Source: Alphaproteobacteria bacterium
Lineage (GTDB): Bacteria > Pseudomonadota > Alphaproteobacteria > MPNO01
Direction of reading: 5' to 3'
NCBI GenBank assembly: GCA_965248835.1
Contig: CBDFLJ010000001.1
Location: forward strand, 160,001-224,000
Length of the DNA stretch: 64,000 nucleotides
Shown here: in pieces, positions 18,731-27,403 of the stretch
Numbering within the stretch: position 1 is the first letter of the stretch
Layout: every line of letters starts with the position of its first letter
The notes under the pieces: generated by a model
Told to the model about the DNA's origin: nothing
The model's database searches: none
Seen by the model: the letters and a program-made list of their open reading frames with translations, nothing else
Translations under genes and position numbers: made by a program

Positions 18731-19951
18731 ATGACCGATGCCCGTGCGCGGGCCCGGGATTTCGACCTGGGCCGGCTCACGGCCGCGTTCCTGGAGGACC
18801 CCTACCCGACCTACCACGCGCTTCGCGCACACGACCCGGTGCACCGGATGGCGGACGGTTCGGTCTTCCTGACCCGCTATGCCGACATCGTGGATGTCTA
18901 CCACGACGCCGAGCGGTTCTCGTCCGACAAGCGGATCGACTTCAAGCCGACCATGGGCGATACCGCGCTCTACGAGCACCACACGACCAGCCTGGTGTTC
19001 AACGATGCGCCCTACCACACCCGCGTGCGCAAGCGGCTTTCGCCGGCGTTTACCCCGCGCGCGCTGCATGCGCTGCGCTCCCGGGTCGAGGCCCTGGTCG
19101 ATGCAATGCTCGACCGGATCGAGGACGCGGGTTCGTTCGACCTGATCGAGGACCTCGCCTCCGCCCTTCCCGTCGAGTTGATCGGCGACATGCTGGGAGT
19201 GCCCAGGGAGGAGCGGGGGCCGCTGCGCGGCTGGTCGGTCGCCATCCTGAGCGGGCTCGAGCCGGTGCTGAGCGACGACCAGCGCGCGCGCGGGGCGGCC
19301 GCGGTCGAGGATTTCAAGGACTACCTGCGGGACCTGATCGCGCGGCGCACCAAAGGCTCCCGGTCCGGGGACGAGGCCGAGGTGCTGTCCAAGCTCATCG
19401 GCCCGGACGAGGACGGCGCGGCGTTGTCCGAACTCGAGCTGCTGCACAACTGCATATTTCTGCTGAACGCCGGGCACGAGACGACGACCAACCTGATCGG
19501 CAACGGCATCGAGGCGCTGATGCGCTTCCCCGACGAATACCGGCGGCTGCGTGCGGACCCGGGCCTGATCGTGTCCGCGGTCGAGGAGTTACTGCGCTTC
19601 GAAAGCTCCAACCAGATCGGCAACCGTCGGCTCGCGGTCGCGGCCACGCTGGGAGGCGTGGCGTTGGAGGCCGGCACCTACATCCATATCGGCATCGGCG
19701 CCGCCAACCGCGATCCGGCCGCGTTCCCCGATCCCGACCGGCTCGACATCGGCCGCGAGCCCAACCGACACCTCGCCTTCGGCGCGGGCGTGCATGCCTG
19801 TGCCGGGCTTTCGCTGGCACGGATGGAGGGCCGGGTCGCTATCGGCAAGCTGGTCGCCCGCTTCCCGGGCCTGCGCCTGGATGGGACGCCGGTACGCGGT
19901 GGCCGCGCGCGATTCCGCGGCTTCACCGCCTTGCCGGTTGCGATACGATAG
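18731..19951 (+). CDS. cytochrome P450
   Basis: AGHETT, EELLR and heme motif HLAFGAGVHACAG. Confidence 0.95.
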   Translation: MTDARARARDFDLGRLTAAFLEDPYPTYHALRAHDPVHRMADGSVFLTRYADIVDVYHDAERFSSDKRIDFKPTMGDTALYEHHTTSLVFNDAPYHTRVRKRLSPAFTPRALHALRSRVEALVDAMLDRIEDAGSFDLIEDLASALPVELIGDMLGVPREERGPLRGWSVAILSGLEPVLSDDQRARGAAAVEDFKDYLRDLIARRTKGSRSGDEAEVLSKLIGPDEDGAALSELELLHNCIFLLNAGHETTTNLIGNGIEALMRFPDEYRRLRADPGLIVSAVEELLRFESSNQIGNRRLAVAATLGGVALEAGTYIHIGIGAANRDPAAFPDPDRLDIGREPNRHLAFGAGVHACAGLSLARMEGRVAIGKLVARFPGLRLDGTPVRGGRARFRGFTALPVAIR

Positions 19952-19976
19952 GCCGCAGATCAACGGGAGACCGCAC

Positions 19977-22286
19977 ATGCCGGACGGCAGCCGCAGGAGA
20001 TTGGGAACCAGCCATTGGGGCGCGTTTACCGCCGAGGTGAGCGAGGGCCGGCTGGTCGGCGTCACCCCGTTCGCGCATGACCCCCACCCGGCGCCGCTGC
20101 TGCAGACCTTGCCGAGCGCGGTCCACGCCGCGTGCCGGATCGAACAGCCGATGGTCCGCAAGGGCTGGCTCGACGCCGGGCCGGGCGGCAGCGGCGCGGC
20201 GCGCGGCACCGATCCGTTCGTCGCCGTCGGCTGGGACGAGGCGCTGGGACTGGTCGCCGATGAGTTGACCCGCGTGAAGGAGTCTTATGGCAACGAGGCG
20301 ATCTATGCCAGTTCCGGCTGGGGCAGCGCCGGCAGCTTCCACCATGCCCGCAGCCAGCTTTCGCGCTTTCTCAACCTGTTCGGCGGCTTCGTCGATCAGG
20401 TGACCAACTACAGCTTCGGCGCGGCGATGGTGATCGTGCCGCGCATCGTCGGCTCACTGTCCCCGGTCGTCGGCCCGGTCAATTCCTGGCCGACCATCGT
20501 CGAGAACACCGAGCTCATGGTGCTGTTCGGCGGCATGGCGCCAAAGAACAGCCAGGTCAACCAGAACGGGGTCGGCGTCCACGACCTTGCGGACTGGCAC
20601 GCCAAGGCGCATGCGGCCGGGACGCGCTATGTCTGCATCAGCCCGATGCGCGATGACACCGCCACCGCTCTGGACGCCGAGTGGATCCCGATCCGGCCCA
20701 ACACCGATGCCGCTCTGATGCTCGGACTGGCCCATACGCTGCTCGCCGAGGACCTGCACGACACGGCGTTTCTCGAACGCTGCTGCACCGGCTTCGAGCG
20801 GTTCGAGGCCTATCTGAGCGGGGCGGCCGATGGCCAGCCGAAGGATGCCGACTGGGCGGCCGCGATCACCGAGGTGCCGGCCGAGACCATCCGCGGCCTG
20901 GCCCGGCGCATGGCCGCTGCGCGCACCCTGATCGGGGTGGCCTGGTCGATCCAGCGTGCCGATCATGGCGAGCAGCCCTACTGGATGACCGTCACCCTGG
21001 CCGCGATGCTGGGCCAGATCGGCTTGCCCGGCGGCGGGTTCGGCTTCGGCTACGGTGCGATGCACGGCATCGGCGGCGCCCGCCACCCGGTCGCGCCGCC
21101 CAGCCTGCCCAAGGGTGCGAACGCGGTGGAAAGCTGGATCCCGGTCGCGCGGCATGCCGACATGCTGCTCGATCCCGGCGGGTCTTACAGCTTCAACGGC
21201 GCGCTGCGGACCTACCCCGACATCCGGCTGGTCTACTGGTGCGGCGGCAACCCGTTCCACAAGCAACAGGACCTCAACCGGCTGCTGCGCGGCTGGGCCA
21301 AGCCCGAGACCATCATCATCCACGAGCCATGGTGGACGCCCGCTGCGCGGCGCGCCGACATCGTGCTGCCCTGCACCACGACGCTCGAGCGCAACGACAT
21401 CGCGGCATCGGACTTCGACAGGTTCCTGTTCGCCAGCCAGCAGGCGATCGCGCCGCTGGGCGAGGCGCGCAACGAATACGAGATCTATTCCGACCTTGCC
21501 GGACGGCTGGGCTTCCGCGAGGCGTTCACCGAGGGCCGGAGCGAGATGGACTGGCTGCGCCACCTCTACGACATCTTTCGACAGCGCGCCTCGGGCGTCG
21601 GCGTCGAGATGCCGAGCTTCGAGGGGTTCTGGGAGACAGGCTTCGTCGAACTGCCGGCGCCGGAAGACCCGCCGATCCCGTTTGCCGGTTTCCGCGACGA
21701 CCCGGACGCGGCGCCGCTCAAGACCCCTTCGGGAAAAATCGAGATCTATTCCGAGACCATCGCCGGGTTCGGCTACGACGACTGCCCCGGCCACCCGGTC
21801 TGGCTCGAACCGGCCGAGTGGCTGGGCGGCGCGGCCGCCGAACGCCACCGGCTGCACATGATCTCCAACCAGCCGCGCGCGCGGCTGCACAGCCAGCTCG
21901 ATTGCGGCGATGTCAGCCGCGCGGCCAAGGTCGCCGGACGCGAGGCGCTGCGGATCAACCCCGACGATGCCGCCGCGCGCTGCATCGCCGACGGCGATGT
22001 CGTGCGCGTGTTCAACGACCGCGGCCAATGTCTGGCGGGCGCGGTCGTCACCGATGCGCTGCGCCCCGGAGTCATCGAGCTCGCCACCGGTGCCTGGTAC
22101 GACCCGCTGGACGCGTCCGAGCCCGGCAGCCTGGACAAGCACGGCAACCCCAACGTCTTGACGCTGGACAAGCCGACATCGCAGCTCTCCCAATGCAGCG
22201 CCGCTCAGACCGCGCTCGTCGAGGTCGAGCGTTACGACGGCACCGTGCCGGAGATCACCGCCTACGACCCGCCGGCGATCCTCTGA
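19977..22286 (+). CDS. molybdopterin oxidoreductase, BisC/TMAO/DMSO reductase family (no Tat signal seen)
   Basis: SHWGAF, PMVRKGWL, NYSFGAA, QRADHGEQ, RLHSQ and GNPNVLT. Confidence 0.9.
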   Translation: MPDGSRRRLGTSHWGAFTAEVSEGRLVGVTPFAHDPHPAPLLQTLPSAVHAACRIEQPMVRKGWLDAGPGGSGAARGTDPFVAVGWDEALGLVADELTRVKESYGNEAIYASSGWGSAGSFHHARSQLSRFLNLFGGFVDQVTNYSFGAAMVIVPRIVGSLSPVVGPVNSWPTIVENTELMVLFGGMAPKNSQVNQNGVGVHDLADWHAKAHAAGTRYVCISPMRDDTATALDAEWIPIRPNTDAALMLGLAHTLLAEDLHDTAFLERCCTGFERFEAYLSGAADGQPKDADWAAAITEVPAETIRGLARRMAAARTLIGVAWSIQRADHGEQPYWMTVTLAAMLGQIGLPGGGFGFGYGAMHGIGGARHPVAPPSLPKGANAVESWIPVARHADMLLDPGGSYSFNGALRTYPDIRLVYWCGGNPFHKQQDLNRLLRGWAKPETIIIHEPWWTPAARRADIVLPCTTTLERNDIAASDFDRFLFASQQAIAPLGEARNEYEIYSDLAGRLGFREAFTEGRSEMDWLRHLYDIFRQRASGVGVEMPSFEGFWETGFVELPAPEDPPIPFAGFRDDPDAAPLKTPSGKIEIYSETIAGFGYDDCPGHPVWLEPAEWLGGAAAERHRLHMISNQPRARLHSQLDCGDVSRAAKVAGREALRINPDDAAARCIADGDVVRVFNDRGQCLAGAVVTDALRPGVIELATGAWYDPLDASEPGSLDKHGNPNVLTLDKPTSQLSQCSAAQTALVEVERYDGTVPEITAYDPPAIL

Positions 22287-22292
22287 GATCGC

Positions 22293-22877
22293 GTGCGCGT
22301 CCTGCTGGTCTTCGCCCACCCGCTGGGCGACAGCCTGAACGGGGCGATTCGCGACCGGGCGGTCGCCGCGCTCGAGCGGAACGGGCACGAGGTCGATCTG
22401 TTCGATCTCTATGCCGAGGGGTTCGAGGCCGTGCTGAGCGCGGCCGAGCGCCGGGCCTATTTTGATGTGGCGGCGAACCGCGCGCGCAACGCGGCTTCCA
22501 TCGAGCGCCTGTTCGCCGCCCAGGGGCTGGTCTTCGTGTTCCCGACCTGGACGCTCGGCCCGCCGGCGATCCTGAAGGGCTTCTTCGACCGGGTGATGGT
22601 GCCGGGCGTGTCGTTCCGGCTGGACGAGCACGGCGCGCTGCACCCCAATCTCGGCCATATCACACGGCTTGCCGCGATCGTCACCTACGGCCGGGCGCGG
22701 CCGGTCCTGTGGTGGTTCGGCGACCCGCCGCGCAAGATGTTCACCCGCTATATGCGCTGGTTCCTCGCCCGCGGCGCGCGGGTGCGCTATCTCGGCCTCT
22801 ACGGCCTGCACCGTCCACGCGGCGACAGGATCGAGCGCTTTTTCCATCGCATCGAGCGCGAGATGGCGCGGTTCTGA
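22293..22877 (+). CDS. NAD(P)H-dependent oxidoreductase (flavodoxin_2)
   Basis: AHP..SLN, DLY and PAILKGFFDRV. Confidence 0.88.
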   Translation: MRVLLVFAHPLGDSLNGAIRDRAVAALERNGHEVDLFDLYAEGFEAVLSAAERRAYFDVAANRARNAASIERLFAAQGLVFVFPTWTLGPPAILKGFFDRVMVPGVSFRLDEHGALHPNLGHITRLAAIVTYGRARPVLWWFGDPPRKMFTRYMRWFLARGARVRYLGLYGLHRPRGDRIERFFHRIEREMARF

Positions 22878-22946
22878 GCGCCTGCGGCCGGCAGTGGTTC
22901 ACGCGCGCGGCGACAACCGGCTCCGGCGGCGCTCCAAGCCGGGCGT

Positions 22947-23525
22947 TCAGATCCGGGTCGAAAGCCAGATCGCCAGCCGGGAGCCCGCCTTGATGCCTCC
23001 GGTCAGGAGTTCGTAGGCCGGGGCGTGACGGGCCTCGTGCTCCAGTGCCGCCTCGCGGTGGGCGATCTCGTCGGCGCGGAAGGACTCGATGGTCGCGCGC
23101 AGTTCGGACTCGTCCTCGCCGAGCTGCGCGGCCTGTTCGGCGTAGTGCTCCTCGATCACGTCCTCGACGGCGAGCGTGCAGGCCATGGCCGCACGCTCGC
23201 CCATCAACCCGGTCACCGCGCCCAGCGCGTAGCCGGCCAGGTGCCACAGCGGCATCAGCGCCGTCGGGCGCACGCCGCGCTCGCTGACAAGCCGGTCGAA
23301 GGTCGCCAGATGCTCGGCCTCCTTGGCGGCCATCTCGGCCACCGCATCGGCCGCCGGGCCGTCGCCCAGGACCGCGCGCTGGCCGGCATAGATCCGGACC
23401 GCGCCGTACTCGCCGGCATGGTCGACCCGGATCATCCGCGCCAGGATTTCCTGCCGCGACGGATCGCCGGGCAGCCGGTCTTCGGCCGTCTCCTTCGGAC
23501 CCGCCCGGTCGCGATCGGTCATCAA
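22947..23525 (-). CDS. coq7: demethoxyubiquinone hydroxylase
   Basis: RVDHAGEYGA, AVEDVIEEHY and DEIAH diiron motifs. Confidence 0.92.
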   Translation of the reverse strand: MMTDRDRAGPKETAEDRLPGDPSRQEILARMIRVDHAGEYGAVRIYAGQRAVLGDGPAADAVAEMAAKEAEHLATFDRLVSERGVRPTALMPLWHLAGYALGAVTGLMGERAAMACTLAVEDVIEEHYAEQAAQLGEDESELRATIESFRADEIAHREAALEHEARHAPAYELLTGGIKAGSRLAIWLSTRI

Positions 23526-24028
23526 GCCGTCCGCCCCCTTCTCGATGCCGCTATCGCGCTGGCGACGGCGAGCGCGGCCGAAACGATGAAATTGTAGCCG
23601 GCGAGAGAGATCCCGAACATCGACCAGGGGATCTCATCGCAGCGCACGACCGGGGCGGCCTCCAGGAGCCGCTTCAGCTCCTCGATCGACCGGGCATCGA
23701 TGCCGACGCCCGAGCACGTCGCGGGGCCGGCGAACCAGCCCTGCTCGACGCCGGCGTGGTAGAAGGCGATCCCCGCGCCTACCGCGAAGGCGGCCGCGCA
23801 GAGGCCGGTGAGCCGCCGCCGCGCCGACCGGCCGCGCAGCGCCACCAGCCCGGCCAGCGACAAGGCGATTGCGACCGCATAGGGCCAACGCTGGTAGAGG
23901 CAGAGCTCGCACGGCGCGAGCCCGCCCCAGTACTGCGCGGCAAGCGCGGTGCCGAGGACGGCGATGCTGGCCGCCAGGATGGCGGCCGGCGCGTTTGCGG
24001 CATCAAGCAACGGCGTTCGGGCTCTCAC
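23522..24028 (-). CDS. dsbB: disulfide bond formation protein B
   Basis: PCELCLYQRWPY, YHAGVE, VRCD and GISLAGYN. Confidence 0.88.
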   Translation of the reverse strand: MRARTPLLDAANAPAAILAASIAVLGTALAAQYWGGLAPCELCLYQRWPYAVAIALSLAGLVALRGRSARRRLTGLCAAAFAVGAGIAFYHAGVEQGWFAGPATCSGVGIDARSIEELKRLLEAAPVVRCDEIPWSMFGISLAGYNFIVSAALAVASAIAASRRGRTA

Positions 24029-24606
24029 ATCCCATATTTGGCAACCGCGAAGCCGCCGAGCAAGAGCGCGCAGAAGGCGATCGCCACCATGCCGAGGCGC
24101 TTTTCGATGAACCTGCGGATCGGCGGGCCGATCCAATAGAGCAGCCCCGCGACCAGGAAGAAGCGCAAGCCGCGGGCGGCGATCGAGGCGAAGGTGAAGA
24201 CCACCGGGTCGAGCCCGGTGGTCCCGCTCAGGATGGTGATCACCTTGTAGGGGAAGGGGGTGAGGCCGGCGATGAACACCGCCCAGGCGCCCCATTCGTT
24301 ATAGCTGGCGCGGAACTGGGCGAACTTCGCGGCATGGCCGTAGAATTCCAGCACCGGCCGGCCCGCGGTCTCGAACAGGAAGGAGCCGATGGCATAGCCG
24401 AGGAGCCCGCCCAGCACCGAGGCGATGGTGCAGATGGCCGCGAACCGCCAGGCGCGGTCGCGCGCGGCCAGTACCATCGGGATCAGGAGCACGTCCGGCG
24501 GGACCGGAAAGACCGAGCTCTCGATGAAGGCGACCGCCGCCAGCACCCAGACCGCATCGCGGCGCGCGGACAGGTCGATGACCCGGTCGTAAAGGCGCTT
24601 CAGCAC
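24025..24606 (-). CDS. YqaA/DedA (VTT domain) membrane protein
   Basis: AFIESSVFPVPPD and GLTPFPYKV. Confidence 0.88.
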   Translation of the reverse strand: MLKRLYDRVIDLSARRDAVWVLAAVAFIESSVFPVPPDVLLIPMVLAARDRAWRFAAICTIASVLGGLLGYAIGSFLFETAGRPVLEFYGHAAKFAQFRASYNEWGAWAVFIAGLTPFPYKVITILSGTTGLDPVVFTFASIAARGLRFFLVAGLLYWIGPPIRRFIEKRLGMVAIAFCALLLGGFAVAKYGM

Positions 24607-24667
24607 GTCTGCAGGCTCCCGGCGCGTGGCTGACAGTCCTACGCCGCAGCCAACGGCGCCAAAAGCC

Positions 24668-25600
24668 TTAATTTTTCGATGACAGCGGTCTTGTCTGGCC
24701 GATCGCCCGGTCGAGCGTCTCGCGGAACCGCGCCAGGCTCGCCGGGGCGTGGAGGCGGCCGATGTCGATCGGCCGGCCGGCGGGGTGTGTCCTCGGCATC
24801 GAGTTGGCGCAGCGGTCGACCCACAGGACCGTGCGGTAGCCCCGCAGGCCGAGCACATGGTCGAGGCGGCCGGCGAGCGTGCTGTCGAACTCGCCGAACG
24901 GGACGGCAAAATCCCTCGGGACCACGCCGAGCTCGGCCGCGAAAGCAGCCTCGGCGGCATCGATCTCGGCGGTGATCGCCGCAATGTCCATCAGATCCAT
25001 CCGGCGATGGGTGGCGCCGTGATTGACCAGCCCGATGCCGGGCTTGCCGGTGTACTCGGCGCGCAACGCCTCCCAGGACAGATAGGCCTTGCCGGCGCGC
25101 AGCTCCGCCGCCGCAGCGCCGGTTTGCGCGAACAGCGGGTCGATCAGCCTGGTCTCGATTTCCTCGGGGATACGGTCCCGGGCCTTGGTGAACCGGTAGA
25201 AGCTCTCCTGCTGGGGACCGAAGGCGGCCTCGACCGCCGCGGCGATCGAATCGGGCGCCAGCCGGTCGATGATCCAGTTGACCTTGTCGCGGACCCCGAA
25301 CCCCTGCGTGGTGATCCCGGTGGCGGGGCAGACGTGGAACGGGATCCGCTGGTCCAGGAGCCACCGGCGGACGGCGGCGACGCTTGCGGAGACGTCATCG
25401 AAGGTGAGCAGGAACGACACGCCGTCCGGCAATCGTCCAGCGGACACGTCGTCCAGGCTGACGAACGGCCCGCGGGCAAGGGCATGGGCGATCTGCGCCT
25501 CGAACACGCCGCGTCCGACGGTATGGGCGCGATGGAGGGGATTCGCCGGGTCGCGCCCGCCGATCCGGTGATAGTTGAGCCCGACGAGGATCGACGCCAT
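24668..25600 (-). CDS. polysaccharide deacetylase family protein
   Basis: YHRI, LTFDD, NHGATH and FAVPFG. Confidence 0.8.
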   Translation of the reverse strand: MASILVGLNYHRIGGRDPANPLHRAHTVGRGVFEAQIAHALARGPFVSLDDVSAGRLPDGVSFLLTFDDVSASVAAVRRWLLDQRIPFHVCPATGITTQGFGVRDKVNWIIDRLAPDSIAAAVEAAFGPQQESFYRFTKARDRIPEEIETRLIDPLFAQTGAAAAELRAGKAYLSWEALRAEYTGKPGIGLVNHGATHRRMDLMDIAAITAEIDAAEAAFAAELGVVPRDFAVPFGEFDSTLAGRLDHVLGLRGYRTVLWVDRCANSMPRTHPAGRPIDIGRLHAPASLARFRETLDRAIGQTRPLSSKN

Positions 25601-25636
25601 TGCCGGACTATACCAAACCCGCCGGCATTGTTGAGC

Positions 25637-25654
25637 ATCCTGCCGCCGCAACCA
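25637..25654 (+). repeat. degenerate tRNA-fMet 3'-end copy (att-like), left island boundary
   Basis: ATCCTGCCGCCGCAACCA. The flank 25655-25747 is an inverted homologue of 52190-52295, and composition changes here. Confidence 0.6.
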
Positions 25655-25749
25655 ATCAAACTCCTGAAAACAAATGCGTCTTCGGGGGTTTCTTATGTCC
25701 TGTCCAAACCCCGTCCGTAAGACGCAAGCATTCCGTAAGCGGCTTCAAT

Positions 25750-26085
25750 ACGGCTCCTGCGCCGCCTGATGGAGGCCCGCACGGTCAAGGCGGGGCGCGG
25801 CGTACGTACGCGCAGGTCCTGCGGCTGCCGGCGGCCTCAGGGACGAAGGACCTGCATGCCGCGCGGTGAAGACCGCTCTGCGCATGGGCGTGGTGGGCGT
25901 CAATGCGGTGAAGCACCTGGCGCTGTGCCGGGTCGAGAAGCGCCCGCCGAAGCGCGGACTCGATTTCTACCCGTTCCTGCCGAAGGCCGCTGTCGGCAAG
26001 ATCTCCGCCGCCGGCTACAGTGCCTGCTGTCGGAGGGTGCGGCATGACGGACACGCCCACATCCTGCCTGCGCATCGCCCACGCC
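25750..26085 (+). pseudogene. IS21-family remnant (istA 3' end and istB start), frameshifted
   Basis: RRLMEAR..., YAQVLRL and AVKHLALCRVEKRPP..DFYPFLP, followed by MTDTP. Confidence 0.65.
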
Positions 26086-26119
26086 CGCTTCGCGCCGGTG
26101 GGTGTAGACCAGCACATTG

Positions 26120-26256
26120 GTGTCGAGGTGGTGCCCGATTCCGATCCACCCCGGCTCAGGCTAATTTTCGCCAATCCGGCCTATGCCAACTACACGTGCG
26201 ATCCCGAGGACGCCCATATTGTCGGCAAGGTGCTGTGGACCTTGAGACGTGTGTGA
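26120..26256 (+). pseudogene. C-terminal fragment of an S24-family repressor
   Basis: DPPRLRLIFANPAYANYTCDPEDAHIVGKVLWTLRRV, paralogous to the end of 35395-36017. Confidence 0.75.
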
Positions 26257-26643
26257 CCGCCGATCCCGTGCTCAGAAGCGCAACTGCCCCAATCATGATG
26301 CCGTTCTCCGCGGTGGCGCTGTTGACCGCCTCGCGGCATTCACCCTCATGGCTCAGATTGAGTGACAACCAGAGCTCGCCACCGAGAACGGACGAGCTTT
26401 TGCCGAAAGCTACAGCTTGCCAGGCACAGCTGCGCCTTCGGGCGCCTCAAGCGGTCGGGTCGTCGATTTCTGCGGATTCCCACGCGATTCCACGGGGACT
26501 GTGACGCTTCCCCTTCTTTTAGCGAAGATCCCTGGCAAGTGAAGGGAATCCGCCAGACCCTACCGAAGACCGCCGATGACCAACCCGCCGACCAGCACAC
26601 CACCTCATATTGAGGCCACGATATGATCTCGAAGCCGCCTTAG

Positions 26644-26745
26644 AAAAATGTCGCCGCTTCCGTCCGGGCACGGCTCACCCGACGTGCTAGCGAGCGCAAG
26701 GAAAACGTTCAGCTCGCGCTCACGCGCTACGCCATCGAACGGCTC
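26644..26745 (+). pseudogene. N-terminal fragment of an AbiEii-type nucleotidyltransferase toxin
   Basis: Manual translation KNVAASVRARLTRRASERKENVQLALTRYAIERL. Confidence 0.6.
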
Positions 26746-26937
26746 CCGCTGCTCGACATGCCGGCGCCGCGGCTGCGAGCCTAAGGCACCCAATCGCGGC
26801 GGCAATGATGCGAGCTGTGATGGCAAGGCCGTGCAGGACGAAACACAGAAAAAGGACTGGAAGCCGCGGCGCAGGCGCGACCTTAAGCCGAAAATGTAGA
26901 GCTGGTAGAAAGACGAAGGCCGACTACCTCTTAAAGC

Positions 26938-26951
26938 TACACAATTGTGTA
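26938..26951. promoter_or_regulatory. perfect palindrome, candidate RHH operator
   Basis: TACACAATTGTGTA, with GCTACAC repeated nearby, upstream of the RHH gene. Confidence 0.5.
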
Positions 26952-26973
26952 TCCAACGGCTACACTCCGGCCG

Positions 26974-27171
26974 ATGAAGGACGTGGGGCTACGTATAAGG
27001 GTTCAGCGCGATCTGCGGGATCGTTTTGTCGCTGCATGCCGGGCGCAGGACAAACCTGCTGCTCAGGTGCTGCGCGAGTTCATGCACGCCTACATTGCTG
27101 AGCATGCGGAGCGGCCGGACAGCGAACCAGGACAGAGAGCGGGGTCCGCTGTCCGGAGGAAGCCCCGATGA
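26974..27171 (+). CDS. ribbon-helix-helix (CopG-like) DNA-binding protein
   Basis: MKDVGLRIRV..DLRDRFVAAC..AAQVLREFM. Confidence 0.65.
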   Translation: MKDVGLRIRVQRDLRDRFVAACRAQDKPAAQVLREFMHAYIAEHAERPDSEPGQRAGSAVRRKPR

Positions 27172-27374
27172 CAAAGGCCAGCAAAAATCAGAATCCGGAG
27201 CAGATCGCAGACGACAATACCAACCTGGACGTATTCTGGCTCAAGGACAAAAGCCTGACCGACCTCGACAACCTGCCCGAGCCCGACGATATGGCCGAAG
27301 AGATCATCGAGAATCTGGAAGCCGGGCTGAATAGTTTCCGTGAGGTTTTGGCAGGGCTTGAGAAGGCCTCGTAA
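27168..27374 (+). pseudogene. C-terminal fragment of a type I R-M methyltransferase (HsdM)
   Basis: NLDVFWLKDKSLTDLDNLPEPDDMAEEIIENLE. Confidence 0.7.
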
Positions 27375-27403
27375 CGATCTGACTTTGCGGGAACGGGGGT
27401 CTT

